Source: Octopus sinensis
Lineage: Eukaryota
NCBI RefSeq assembly: GCF_006345805.1
Contig: NC_043020.1
Coordinates: 26,784,001-26,848,000, forward strand
DNA length: 64,000 nucleotides
Direction of reading: 5' to 3'
Both the position numbers and the translations under genes were made by a program. A model generated the notes under the pieces. The model did no database searches and was not told the origin of the DNA. It saw only the letters and a program-made list of their open reading frames with translations. Positions 26,874-39,244 of the stretch are shown in pieces (position 1 is the first letter of the stretch; each line of letters begins with the position of its first letter).

Positions 26874-27209
26874 TAATATATGTATATATGTGTGTGTGTT
26901 TAAATAAGTAAGAAAATAGAGGGACAATTAATAAATTATTATTTATTAATCAAAAAAATTGACACCTCTTACAGCTGTTTCAATTCTTGACCTTCAGAAA
27001 ATTAATTAATAAATTTAAAAATTATTTGAAAGTCGAATCTCGTCAGAAGTAGTTAAAGATATACCAGATAGGTGTTCAATTCCTGCATGCGGAGTAAACG
27101 GCTGCAAACGGTTAACTGATAATATTTATGCATAAAGAACATGGTATAAAACAGTGCCTTCATTGGATTTTACTATCACGTAATGAGGATTGTAACCTCT
27201 ATTTGAACT

Positions 27210-27240
<31 letters not shown>

Positions 27241-27890
27241 GTAGATACACTTAGATCTATACAAATGTCTCTCTCTCCCTCTCTCGACATAGATATCTAA
27301 ATGTATACATACACAAATACATACATATATATTACACATGCATACATACAGACACATTTTAAAAATGCGTATATACACATATAAAAGGAAATGGAATTCA
27401 CGAGAATCTTTGAAAACGGGTTTTAAACAGCATACTACAAAGTGTATGCCCGAACATGAAATTATTACATATACATACACAGACACACACACACACATAT
27501 GTATATACATGTATAAACACACACACACATATATATATATATACACATGCATAAACACATACATACGCATATATACACATACATACATACACATATATAC
27601 ACATATACATACACATACACACATATATATACATATACCCATACATACACATACATACATACACCTATATACGAACATATATATATATGTATATACATAC
27701 ACACACATAAATACGCATACATATATATACACAAACATGCATGCATACCTGTATATATACAAACACACGTATACACACATGCATATATATATATATATAC
27801 ACACATACATATATACATACAAGCATATGTATATATATATGTACATACATACAAAGACACAGACACACAAATATATATATATATATTTTG
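27210..27890. repeat. Compound (TA)/(CA) microsatellite field. Similar fields at 7570-7860, 8460-8760, 11230-11530, 13600-13770, 34280-34700
   Basis: Low-complexity sequence; the source of many YIYI/HTHT ORFs. Confidence 0.95.
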
Positions 27891-28191
27891 CACGAAAATA
27901 CCCTACCCCACCAACAAAATACTATACACGAAATTCCACGAAAATACCCTACCCCACCAACAAAATACTATACACGAAATGCACTCTGCTCTTATCTACA
28001 CTCGGAGATATAAGTCCACATATACCTGACAAGTCTCACCTACACATTGTCACACCTATAAACACACACACACAAACTTATATCCATACCAACATATACA
28101 TTCCATATGTACGCGCACCTACACGTACACACAGATGCACACACATGACCTTCCCTTCACAATCTTACCTTCTTTTACACAGCTTTCCTCC

Positions 28192-28240
<49 letters not shown>

Positions 28241-29101
28241 CCACCCATCTATGCACACACACACACACCCACTTACCTATGCACCCTCCTTCCTATACAC
28301 ATCCACCTACCAACACACTCCCCACACACGCCTCAATTCCTGTTATAGAAGATTCGAGAAAACCAATATCTTTTGAAAATGCTTTCATCTTGATTGATTG
28401 CTTGAAATGTGATCACGTGGTTGCCGTAGTGATAGTGGTGGCGCTAGTAGTAATGTTTGTAGTGGTGGCGGTGGTAGTGGAATATGGCTGTAACTACTTT
28501 TTGAACGCACCTATATAAATATACATTTCTTAAAACAAAAAGTGATTTGAACAACTACCACCACCATCACTACTACTACTACTACTACTTACTACTACTA
28601 CTACTACTACCACCACTACTACTACCGCTACCATCACCACCACTACCACTATGTTTTTTTGTTACTTTTATCGTTTATTTGTTTCAGTCATTAGACTGCG
28701 GCCATGCTGTAGCACCGCTTTGAAGAATTTTTAGTCGAACAAATCGACCCTAGTACTTGTGATAAATAAAATACCACCACTACTACTACTACTACTACTA
28801 ATGATGATAATAATAATGATAATGATGATGATAATAATAGTAATAATAATAATGGTTTCTAATTTTGGCACGTGGCTAGCAATTTTAGAGAGGAGGTAGC
28901 AAGTGGATTGCCTTAACACCCCTAGTACATAACTGGTACTTATTTTTTATCGATCGCGAATGGATAAAAGGTAAAGTCAAGCTCGTTACTCAGAACGTAA
29001 CGAAGAGCAATTAAATGCCATTAAGCACTTCGTCCGATCCGCTGACGATGTTGACAATTCGCATTAACATTCATAAACATGCATACATATAGACATACAA
29101 T

Positions 29102-29133
<32 letters not shown>

Positions 29134-31311
29134 CGCATACACAAAAACACACGCCCGCACACCTAATTACATTCACCTAAACAGACAGACAGACACAGAC
29201 ACACACACACCTAATCACACTCATGCATATACACACACACGTCTAATAACACACACGCATACACACCTAATCACACACACACACACACACACCTAATCAC
29301 ACACACACATTCTTGTATACACATGCAAACACACATACGAACGTATTTTTAAAAAAATTGTAGAAGTGCCAGCATGGCTGTGTGGTAAGGTGTTTGTTTC
29401 CCACGTACATGGATTTCGGTTCAGTCCCTCCATCAAATCGACAACGCCTGGTGTATGATGTAGAACACGTCGGGTGTTTAAGTGATTGCAGAGGAATCTG
29501 ATGGAGTATTTAGCTCAAGGACACGACGCTCCACCCAGTCCAAGAATTGAAACCACGATCTCTCGATCATGAGTAACATCCTAACCATTAAGCCATGCAC
29601 TCCCACCATACATATGTCAGTGTAGGGCAAATGACAACCCCTCTCTCTCACACATCATATATAAATATATATGTGTGTGTATGTGTGTGTGTGTGCGGTT
29701 TATGTCAAAGAACTGTTTGAAAACATGAAGGTTCTGCATCCCTTTCTTCCGAACTGACCTGGAGCTAATTAACGACAAGGTATAAGCTAGTTTGTGAGAA
29801 TAAAGAAACTGAAATGGAAAACTACTGCAGAGAATGAAAAAGTGATAGAGTATGTAAGAAAGATGAAGATTTAGACACACACACACACATTATCTATCTA
29901 TATATGTATATCGTGAAAGGTGGGGAGCGGGTAAGAATTCGTAGTATCTTAGAGGATATTTTCAGGCGAAGTGAAGAAAATGGCTTATTGCGTGCCGAAG
30001 CTCAACATTTACGTGATGTTCGGGGATGTGTTTGCTTCCAGAAAGGTTAAAAATATACTTTTAAAAAATGTACAAAACCAGCAAAAATTGAAAATTAGAT
30101 GTTTGCCAGAGGCTCAGATATAATCTTTGCCGATTCAAAGAGTTTGAGAATAAATATATAAATAAATAAATAAAATATTAAAGATAAAATAACAGTCCCT
30201 AAATAAAAGAAAATTCTAGAAAACAAAATTAAGAATAACAGTCTTTTTTTAAAAATGAAAACTTGTTTAAAAATATACAGAAAATGATTAAAAAGAAAAG
30301 AAAATGTGTCTGTGAGTGTATGCGTCTTACTTCGTATGTGTTTTTGTGTGTGTGTGAGCGTGCATTTTATGCCTGTATTTGCATGCAAGCAGAGGCAGGT
30401 TTTTTTATATTTATCACAAGGTTGGAAGAAATTTCGATTTAATAATTCTTTTCATACGCTCCAAAGTTTTCTGAAGGTGATGAAAGAAAAAACCTTAAGA
30501 AAGGAAAAATCGGAGGATATCAGAGTATGTCGATGGAGAGAGAAAGAGAGGAACAACTACATTGCTCCTCTTCCTACCACCACCACCACCACCACCACCA
30601 CCACACCTTTCATACATTTACGAAATCCCCAATAGATTTTGGATTAAATATCACATTTTTATTATTTTTTTTCTATTTAGGCTGCACAAAGATTTTCCAC
30701 CTTGCTGCTCCATTTGTTACCTTAAAATACATAAATAAATAAATCGATAAATACACGAAGTGAAGAAGAAATCCTTGCTAACGATTAATAAAACAACAAC
30801 AGCGAAATATTTTGCTTTAGTTTTGGTACGTGGTTATAGAAAAAAGAGATGGCGCTGGTGGAAATAATTATACGTAACAGCGGTAAAGATTCACCCAGAG
30901 GGGAGAGATCCACCTCACTCATCCATCACACACGCACACACAAAGAAAAATTATAAATACAAGAATTCTTTCAAACTGGATTTTAGGAAGAAAAGACAAA
31001 GAAAAAAACAAAAAACACTTGGTGCATAAAATAGGAAAAAAGAAAATTTGAAAATTACTAAATATTCTTATTGCGGCATTTAAAAAGGAAGGAAAAATGG
31101 CGATAAGTAAAAATAGATACATTTTCTTACATGCGCACAAACATATATAGATATTCTGTCTTTCTTTCTTTCTCTCATCCTCTCTCTCTCTTACACACAC
31201 AGACTACACAATTCGGACACCATCCACCTTACTTCTTTACTGACAGCTGGAGATGAACTAAAATAAATGACACCAAGTTTCTTTTAAAAAGTTTGCTGTA
31301 TTAAATTTGCC

Positions 31312-31346
<35 letters not shown>

Positions 31347-31490
31347 ATATGGAATGAATTATCACGTGATCACGTCACTTGACCAACCAGACCATCAGAT
31401 GTTGTTACACATCGCTGGTCACAATGCTTTCGCATTGTTTTAGCCTTCGAACGACGCCACCCCGCTGGCTAAGCGAGCAGGCCATATATA

Positions 31491-31536
<46 letters not shown>

Positions 31537-31891
31537 TATATATATATTTATTGTTATTTTTATCATTTATTTGTTTCAGTCATTAGACTGCGCCCATGCT
31601 GGGGCACTGCTTTGAAGAACATTTGTCGAACAAATCGACCTTAGTACTTATTTTAAAAAATTCTTTTAAAACTTGCTACTGATGCAATCGATCTTTTTTA
31701 CCGACCTGTTAACATACGTGGACGTAAACCCACCAACACAGGTTGTAAAGCGGTGGTAGGGGACAAAAATACACACATACACACACACACATATATATAT
31801 GTATATATTAAGGGAAGTTGCAAGGAATTTATTTAGCGTTTTCATCTCGTGAGATTCATCGCGAATAATATATTTATAGAAAATTCATACC

Positions 31892-31986
<95 letters not shown>

Positions 31987-32617
31987 ATATCAAAAGTAAG
32001 ATTGAATCTTGTTTGCTTGCAATGTTATTCAGCCAAACTGGCGCATAACGGGAAAATACCGTGTACTAAATTTACCCTGAAATGATAATACGGACGGAAT
32101 GAATCAAGTTTCGAGTAAATCGGTAAAGTACTTTTCGAGATATTAAAGGTTTTCGGTGGTGGGGTATAAATACCGAAAACTGTGCATAATAGGAAAATGT
32201 TCCGAAAATAATCTTCATCCTGAAAGGGAAGAATCTCTAATCTTTCTATTGGACAGTGAGTTGACAACTAAAAAAATACGATTTTCGATTTTGTTAAACA
32301 CAATATCTTAATCATCTAGAAATATTTTTAAGTGAATATGTAAGTTGTTTGTACATTAAGTATTTATATTTTAGTTTTCTTTAAACAGACAATAACAACA
32401 ACCTTCAGACCGCGTAAAGTACTTTCAATATAGAGAACCATAAGAAAATGAAGAGTAGTTGTATACTGTCAACTTAATGTGACAGTCCCATGAAGGGAAA
32501 CACACCACCGCTATTTAGCCTTAGGAAGCATCAACGCCTCATGTCGGCCTTGACACATTTCCTGTGTCCTTATGTTCACAAGGGGGAGACAAACACCCCC
32601 ACCCAGCTAAGCCTGCA

Positions 32618-32659
32618 TCCAGAGACTAGTTTCTGAGTCTTGCTCGTCATCAGTCTGGA
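32618..32659 (-). ncRNA. Type I hammerhead ribozyme motif
   Basis: tccaga CTGATGA c GAG caaga CTC a GAAAC TAGT C tctgga; 6-bp stem I, palindromic stem III, GUC triplet. Confidence 0.7.
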
Positions 32660-32869
32660 GTAGCATGGCTTGCTAGCTGCAGATGCTTGTCTAGGCCTCG
32701 TAAACATATAATAATTCCAGTGAAATAAATCCACTGATCACACACAAAAAATAAATATTACATTTCTAGATATCTCAAAGAGATATAAGCAGTGGTGGTA
32801 CGATAGAGCAGTTGCATACAGTCAACTTAATGTGAGAGTCCCATGAAAATGTTTATCATATTCTATACA

Positions 32870-33170
32870 CAGTGTGTTCAAAAGGTTTGTCCGCAATGAA
32901 TTTTTCATCTAAAATCACACTTTGATATATTTCTTGATATACATAATGACAGCAAAGTTTTGGACAGTTATCCCTACCTTTTCCGGTGAACGGATTATTT
33001 CGAAGGGACTTTGGCCACCAAGATCACCTGATTTAACACCACCAGAATTTTTTTCTGGGGATCAAGCAAAGGATCAGTGTACAAGAATCGTCCGAAAACC
33101 TTCACACGGTCCATAACACGTCAGACTCTCCAAGATGTATTTCAAAACATGTGTAGAAGAGTCAACAAGT
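32870..33170 (+). mobile_element. Tc1/mariner transposase remnant
   Basis: WPPRSPDLTP motif, frameshifted; left end resembles the TIR of the 13190 MITE. Confidence 0.8.
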
Positions 33171-33307
33171 TTCATATATTTTTTTCTCTTTTTTTTGCCT
33201 ATTACGAATGATGAGCTGAAAGCCGAAACTTTCAGTTGTGCTAGAGAAAACCCGGGTAAACGAGAAAAAAATAGACAAGTAATTAGGCAGATAGATAGAT
33301 AGATGGT

Positions 33308-33351
<44 letters not shown>

Positions 33352-33381
33352 CAGATAGACAGATAGACGGATAGATAGACA

Positions 33382-33481
33382 NNNNNNNNNNNNNNNNNNN
33401 NNNNNNNNNNNNNNNNNNNNNNNNNNNNNNNNNNNNNNNNNNNNNNNNNNNNNNNNNNNNNNNNNNNNNNNNNNNNNNNNN
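33382..33481. other. Assembly gap (100 N)
   Basis: N run beside a (GATA)n tract. The true gap must be longer than 100 nt if the rest of the exon lies inside it. Confidence 0.99.
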
Positions 33482-33575
33482 AGCGTTTGTCTTCTGCTAC
33501 ATTGTGTTGTTCGATAGTGTGTTTCTCTTTTACCTGAAGATCGTGAGTGGCGTGAGATTTGGCGTCCTCGATTAA
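33482..33575 (-). CDS. CFAP45-like paralog, 5' part of exon equivalent to exon 5, cut by the assembly gap
   Basis: ttttgcag|TTA ATC GAG GAC GCC AAA TCT CAC GCC; LIEDAKSHATHDLQVKEK versus VIQEAKCHAIRDAQLEEK, 11/31 identical. Confidence 0.85.
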
Positions 33576-33595
33576 CTGCAAAACGAGACAAAATA

Positions 33596-33903
33596 TCTTT
33601 ATATATAAAATTGAAGTTGTGTGTGTGAGACTCTGTCTCCTACGATTTAGATTCATAACTACTCCCACATTTTGCGGTGCAGTTTAATCAAAAGCGGGTA
33701 TCTTATAGTCGTCATTCATATCGAGCCCTTCTGGGTATTGGCACGCGTCTACGATGAGTCTGCGATTTAAAAAAAAATTACCATCATTTTTCCGCATTTT
33801 TAATGATTTTTGCTCAGGAAAGTAATAAGGGAAGTAACACTCTAAAAATGCTTATATAGTTATTTCCCTTATAAACCCGAGCAACGCCGGGCGATACTGC
33901 TAG
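33596..33903 (+). mobile_element. Non-autonomous Helitron, family A
   Basis: A^TC start, subterminal hairpin cccgagcaacgccggg, CTAG^T end. Confidence 0.85.
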
Positions 33904-34294
33904 TTTTTTAAAAAAAGAAAAAAATTATTCTTTTCTTTATATTGTTTCAGTCATCTTGACTGTGGCCATACTGGAGCACCGCCTTTAGTCAAACAAATGT
34001 GGTGTAAGACGTCTGCTTAGTGATGGTTGACCAAACAGTTAAATAACAGCAACAACACCTGCTACTGCTGTGGCTGCTGCTGCTGCTGCTGCTGCTGCTA
34101 CTACTGCTACTACTACTACTACTACTATAGTAATCAAAAAATATTCAAAAGAGTCAAAAATAGTCATCAACACCCAATAATATCATCAGACAATTACTGT
34201 GATTCAATCAATCACCAAAACAAAATCCCCGCTTATATGACGGTGACGCTCATTTACAAGTGTCACACGGTGTCAGGACAGGAACACACACACA

Positions 34295-34340
<46 letters not shown>

Positions 34341-34597
34341 ACCCACACATACTCACATTGACGCACACGCACTGACACACACTGACACACACATACACTG
34401 ACACACACATACACTGACACACGCATACACTGACACACATACACTGACATACACTGACACACACACAAACACACTAATACACACACTTACACGCACACAC
34501 ACACACATACTGTCTCTCTCTCTCTCACCCACACATACTCACATTGACGCACACACACTGACACTGACACACACTGACACTGACACACACATACACT

Positions 34598-34630
<33 letters not shown>

Positions 34631-34737
34631 ACACGCACACACACTGACACACACACAGAAACACTAACCACGCACACACGCACATACATACACACAAATA
34701 CATATATACAGTAAAAGGCAAAATGGCTTCCGCTCAC

Positions 34738-34893
34738 CTCATTGAAGATTTTGATTTCCATGTCTCTTTCAAAAATTCTTTGATTAGCTTCAGCCAATAT
34801 GGAACTCGCCTTATTTTCACTGACATCCCCCAAGTCGTAGTCTGTCTTGATCTGACATTTCTGCAAGTGTTTCTTTCGCTCCGCAACCCCGGA
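34738..34893 (-). CDS. CFAP45-like paralog, exon equivalent to exon 4
   Basis: taattag|TCC GGG...AAT GAG|gtgagc; SGVAERKKHLQ...ILAEANQR...IKIFNE; phase 0->0. Confidence 0.82.
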
Positions 34894-35090
34894 CTAATTA
34901 ACAAAGATTGAATTAAAGTAAATCAAATTAAATTAGATCAATTACACACACACACACACACACACGCACTTATATATATACTATTTTTTCTACTGTTTTT
35001 TCTTCATTTGTATTGCTTTTACATCCTGTTCTTGTCACTTGTTTTACCCCTCTGCAAAAGAATTTTACTTAATTCCTTTTGCAGGAAGGA

Positions 35091-35167
35091 CTGCTTCGGC
35101 CTGGCCGTGTTCTGCCCTTACCTTCGAAACACGCATTGAGTCGAACCAGGGGCAGCTGATGAAGGGG
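35091..35167 (+). ncRNA. Rearranged hammerhead-like RNA, copy 1
   Basis: CGTGT-T-ctgccctt-a-ccttc-GAAACACG...aggggcag-CTGATGA-agggg. Confidence 0.55.
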
Positions 35168-35322
35168 AATTTTCCTTGTATTGTTTGTCCTGTACTCTGT
35201 TTTTTCGTTGTTTAAAAAAGTCCGTTTCCTTGTTTTTTCGTTGTTAAAAAAAGTCCGTTTGCTTGTTTGATTTTATGTTTTCGTTTCTCGTTGTGTTCTA
35301 CGTTTATTTGTGGTGTCCTGTA

Positions 35323-35378
<56 letters not shown>

Positions 35379-35478
35379 GCATGTATATATGCATGTAGAT
35401 GTAAGTATGTACACATATGTAAGTATGTACACATATGTATGTATATATGCATATATTTTATATATTTATTATATCGTT

Positions 35479-35523
<45 letters not shown>

Positions 35524-35672
35524 ATGTATGTATAGAAGAAAATGGATATAGTAACAATGGGAAACTCGTGGTTTACGCTGGTATTAAATAGGTAACAAAG
35601 GAGCGACTCTGGAATAATTATCTCTTGAGGTATTAAACCCCTCTAAATTGATACCTAGATAGATAGATAGAT

Positions 35673-35723
<51 letters not shown>

Positions 35724-35896
35724 TTAAAAACGGTAAGATAACAAAAGAAAGAAAGAGACCTCAATATTATGTAAATAGAGGAATTTATCTGTAAAATAAT
35801 ATGTGACAATTATTCGGTAGCCAAGATAAAATATATATATTTCAAAATGTATCACATGTGGATCGTCCTTTTCTTTTGGACTTTCCTCCGTCTCCT

Positions 35897-35931
35897 GTTT
35901 CTGACGAAGAGCTTTGCTCGAAACGTAAAAC
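35897..35931 (+). ncRNA. Minimal type I hammerhead ribozyme, intact core
   Basis: gttt CTGACGA a GAGC ttt GCTC GAAAC GT A aaac. Confidence 0.7.
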
Positions 35932-36109
35932 CACCTTTCTCTCCTGCTAATACTTTGCATCTACCACATCCTCACGTTGTTGTTTTTTCTTGTTTGTTCT
36001 TCGTTTTTTTTGGGTGGGGGATTTACTATATATATTTATATACTGTATATTTTTTTAGTTTCAATCCGAGGACTGCGGCCATGCTGGGGCACCACCGTTT
36101 GCTTTGCTA

Positions 36110-36290
36110 CACTTTCACTGAACCTCCTCTGATATGTGGAATTTGGTAAATGAGGGAGTTTGACGTTGCTACCCTCATCTGTGTTTCTTGCCTTGGGGTA
36201 GAGCTCGTCTGGAATTCTAGACAGAAGACGGTCCAGTTTTGTTTTGAAAATGCCTGTGCAGGTCTCTGAGGCTTTGTGGAAGGATATTGA
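36110..36290 (-). mobile_element. CR1/L2-like LINE C-terminal remnant
   Basis: FKTKLDRLLSRIPD motif. Confidence 0.55.
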
Positions 36291-36419
36291 AAATATGTGT
36301 GTGGGTATGTGCGCATCTGTGAATGTGCGTGTGCGTGCATGTGTGTGTATGTGCTTTCGTGTGTGTGTGTATGTGCTTTCGTGTGCTTGCGTGTGTGTGT
36401 GTTGTGAAATCAATCTCAC

Positions 36420-36561
36420 CAGCTTCTGTTCTTGCTCTTTCACCAGCCTCTCCCCTTCGGCCTTCAGTTTTTCGGCCATGTTCCTACTGTTCTCCTTGAT
36501 TCGCTCATATTCCGCGCAGTCCAGAGTGATAGCAGGACGTTCAACATGTTGTCTAGGAATA
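36420..36561 (-). CDS. CFAP45-like paralog, exon equivalent to exon 3
   Basis: attcag|T ATT CCT...AAG CTG|gtgaga; same phases (2->0) as copy 1; IPRQHVERPAITLDCAEYERIKENSR. Confidence 0.8.
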
Positions 36562-36786
36562 CTGAATAATAATAATAACAACAATAATAATAATAATAAT
36601 AATAATTAAAACAAACATAATTTTCGTTTTTTTTTTAGGCATTCACTAGTACAACACTAAATACAAAACCAAATATATGGCACACGACGCATAACAACAT
36701 CACGAACTTCCAACCTGTTGTCTCTTGAGGTCTCTGGGTGAGACTTGGAGCCAACTTGTACAAATATAGAGCAAAAGTCAAACATA

Positions 36787-36835
<49 letters not shown>

Positions 36836-37239
36836 TAATTCGTTTATTGACCACAAGGGCTAGCAAAAATCAGTTTAAACATGTGGAGACAAAATACAGG
36901 ACGAAAGTTACAAAGGGTTTTGTCCGTTTGAAAAAAATCCGTGTAAAAATATGAAATAACAGCGAAAATATGTAATAATTAAAACTCCCAACAGGGGGAG
37001 GCGCTTCGAAGGGTTACTCGTGGAAAAATTCATAAAAGCCACGGGAGCCTGGTCAAAAGGAGGGTAGAGAGCCCCTTTCTCCTTTTATATTACCTTTTTA
37101 TATCACAGGTGTATCCTCAGAATTGGTCCGTTCATACTGGCCATTCCTGCGGCATTCACCCACCTTTCAATAAACTTGCTACGTGACATCACTTTCCTCT
37201 CTACTCTCATCTTCCTTTTCTAGTGAAACTTGAATAATA

Positions 37240-38290
37240 ATAGCAGCCCAAGACCAATGTCTACCTATAAGGAACTACCAGGCCAACATATTAAAGAACG
37301 GCAGTGACTCAACATGTTGTTTATATCAACAATAAAATGAAACCATTGATCATGTTGTCCCCAAGTGCAGTCTTCTTGCGCCTACAGAGTATCTCAACAG
37401 GCAAGATAGAGCAGCACAATATATTTACTGGGTAATTTGCAAAAACCTGGACCTGCCCCACGATAAAAACTGGTGGGAACACAAAACCACCTACAGTGCT
37501 TGAAAATGATGTCAGAGAGCGAAGGCTTCATCTTAGCTGCTCGGGATCAAAGTTCATTGACCAGAAACTCTCAAGTCAGTGTGTGGAGGCACATGGCCTA
37601 GTGGTAAGAGCAGCGGACTCGCGGCCGAAGGATCGCGGGTTCGAATCTCAGACCGGACAATGTGTGTTTATGAGCGAAGCACCTAAGCTCCACGCAGCTC
37701 CGGCAGAAGGTAATGGCGAACTTCTGCTGACTCATTCGCCACAACTTTCTCTCACTCTTTTCTCCTGCATCTTGCAGCTCACCTGCGACGGACCGGCGTC
37801 CCGTCCAGGTGGGGAATTTATACACCAAGGAAACCGGGAAACCGGCCCTTATGAGCCAGCCATGGCTCGAGAAGGAACAAACATGTCAGTGTGTTTGGAA
37901 AATGGAGTAGCTTAAAACTGTTGAAAAATGACATAAGTACCACACTGGGGCTGTAACTGAGGGAGAAAATGTAGCTATTAGATGTGACTTTCCAGTACAT
38001 ACAAACAGAACCATCAAAGCTAAAAAAAAAAAAGAACGGATATTGTTGTGAAAGACCAAAACTATAAATTCTGTTTATCGATCGACATGAGTATTTCTTG
38101 TAATGATAATATCTTGGCATCTGAAGGCGGTTACAATAGCAGTGGTTGCAGAAACACTTGGAATGATAAAAAAAGGAACTGAAAATGATTTGAGAATGAT
38201 CCCTGGTTTACTATCCATGCGCGAAGTGCAAAATATTGTTTTAATGAGAACGTCACATGTATTGAGAAGAGCAGTGTCGATGTGAGAACG
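37240..38290 (+). mobile_element. Decayed 3' end of a restriction-like-endonuclease LINE (R4/Dong-like), interrupted by a SINE
   Basis: DHVVPKC..LAPTEYLNRQD and TLGMIKKG...EVQNIVL...SHVLRRAVS motifs with stops and frameshifts; related fragment at 61330-61590. Confidence 0.65.
37585..37884 (+). mobile_element. tRNA-derived SINE family 3. Other copies 16843-17136(+), 44183-44345(-)
   Basis: tRNA-like head TGGCCTAGTGG...GGTTCGAATC; 10-bp TSD gtcagtgtgt. Confidence 0.85.
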
Positions 38291-38674
38291 ATCACCGCCC
38301 ATCTATTTTTTTTCATTTTGCAGCATCCTAATGGGTTATATTTTAATGGCCGCTCAGAGTATACAGTGAGTCTCTTTGTCCTAGGTGTCGGGAAGACACT
38401 CGGCAAGAAAAGGAGATAGAATTGAAAGAGAAAAAGAAAAGAAATTGTGTCAATTTTTGACTGAAGGACAGGTATTTCGGGGGAGGGAGTAAATTGCTTA
38501 TTTCGACCCCAGTGTTCAACTGGTACTTATTTTATCCGCCACCAAAGGATGAATGGCAAAACTGACCTCAGCAGAATTTTAACTCAGAACGTGAAGACGG
38601 ACGAAATCCACCAAGTATTTCGTCCGGCGTGCTAACGACTGTGCTAAAAACCCCATATGATAATAATGATGATG

Positions 38675-38707
<33 letters not shown>

Positions 38708-39213
38708 GCCCTGATGCAGTACCAGGCAGTGGCTCTCATGGCTTCTGATCTTAACTGATTGGAAGTGTTATCATGTACATTGTTTTGTCTTGGTATAAAA
38801 GATGGGTTACAGCAAATATTCTGCTCAATACCACAGATTTGCTTGTCAGTTGTTTGACCTTAACCAGTTGACCATGTCCCTTAGTGGCTGACGATATGTG
38901 CATCTCTGACCACGAGCAGAAGTAGTTGGGGAGCATCATAACCGTGTGTTGTGAGGGATTCTTTGGAGTTTGAATATTTCACCTCTGGAAACATGGGTGT
39001 TTCGTTCAACATCCTTAAACAATCCTTATTCAGGGACCTTTTGAGCGGGATGTGCTGTTTATCTTGATATGAGATCACCATGTCGCGCACATATGGTTGT
39101 GATGCATGTGCCTGGTGTGCCCTTATCAGACGGGTAGTCATGATGGGTATACCGAGCTTTGTATATTTTACCCCAGTGTCACTTTGAGTGCATGCACTGC
39201 TCTCTCACTCAAT

Positions 39214-39244
<31 letters not shown>

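Noticed and set aside
33205-33240. Hammerhead-like ATGATGA...GAAAC motif
   Set aside because: C3 is missing and there is no stem I; likely chance or fully decayed.
38324-38365. 42-nt plus-strand exon-like segment with good splice sites
   Set aside because: Isolated, adjacent to a LINE 3' end, and no recognisable product.
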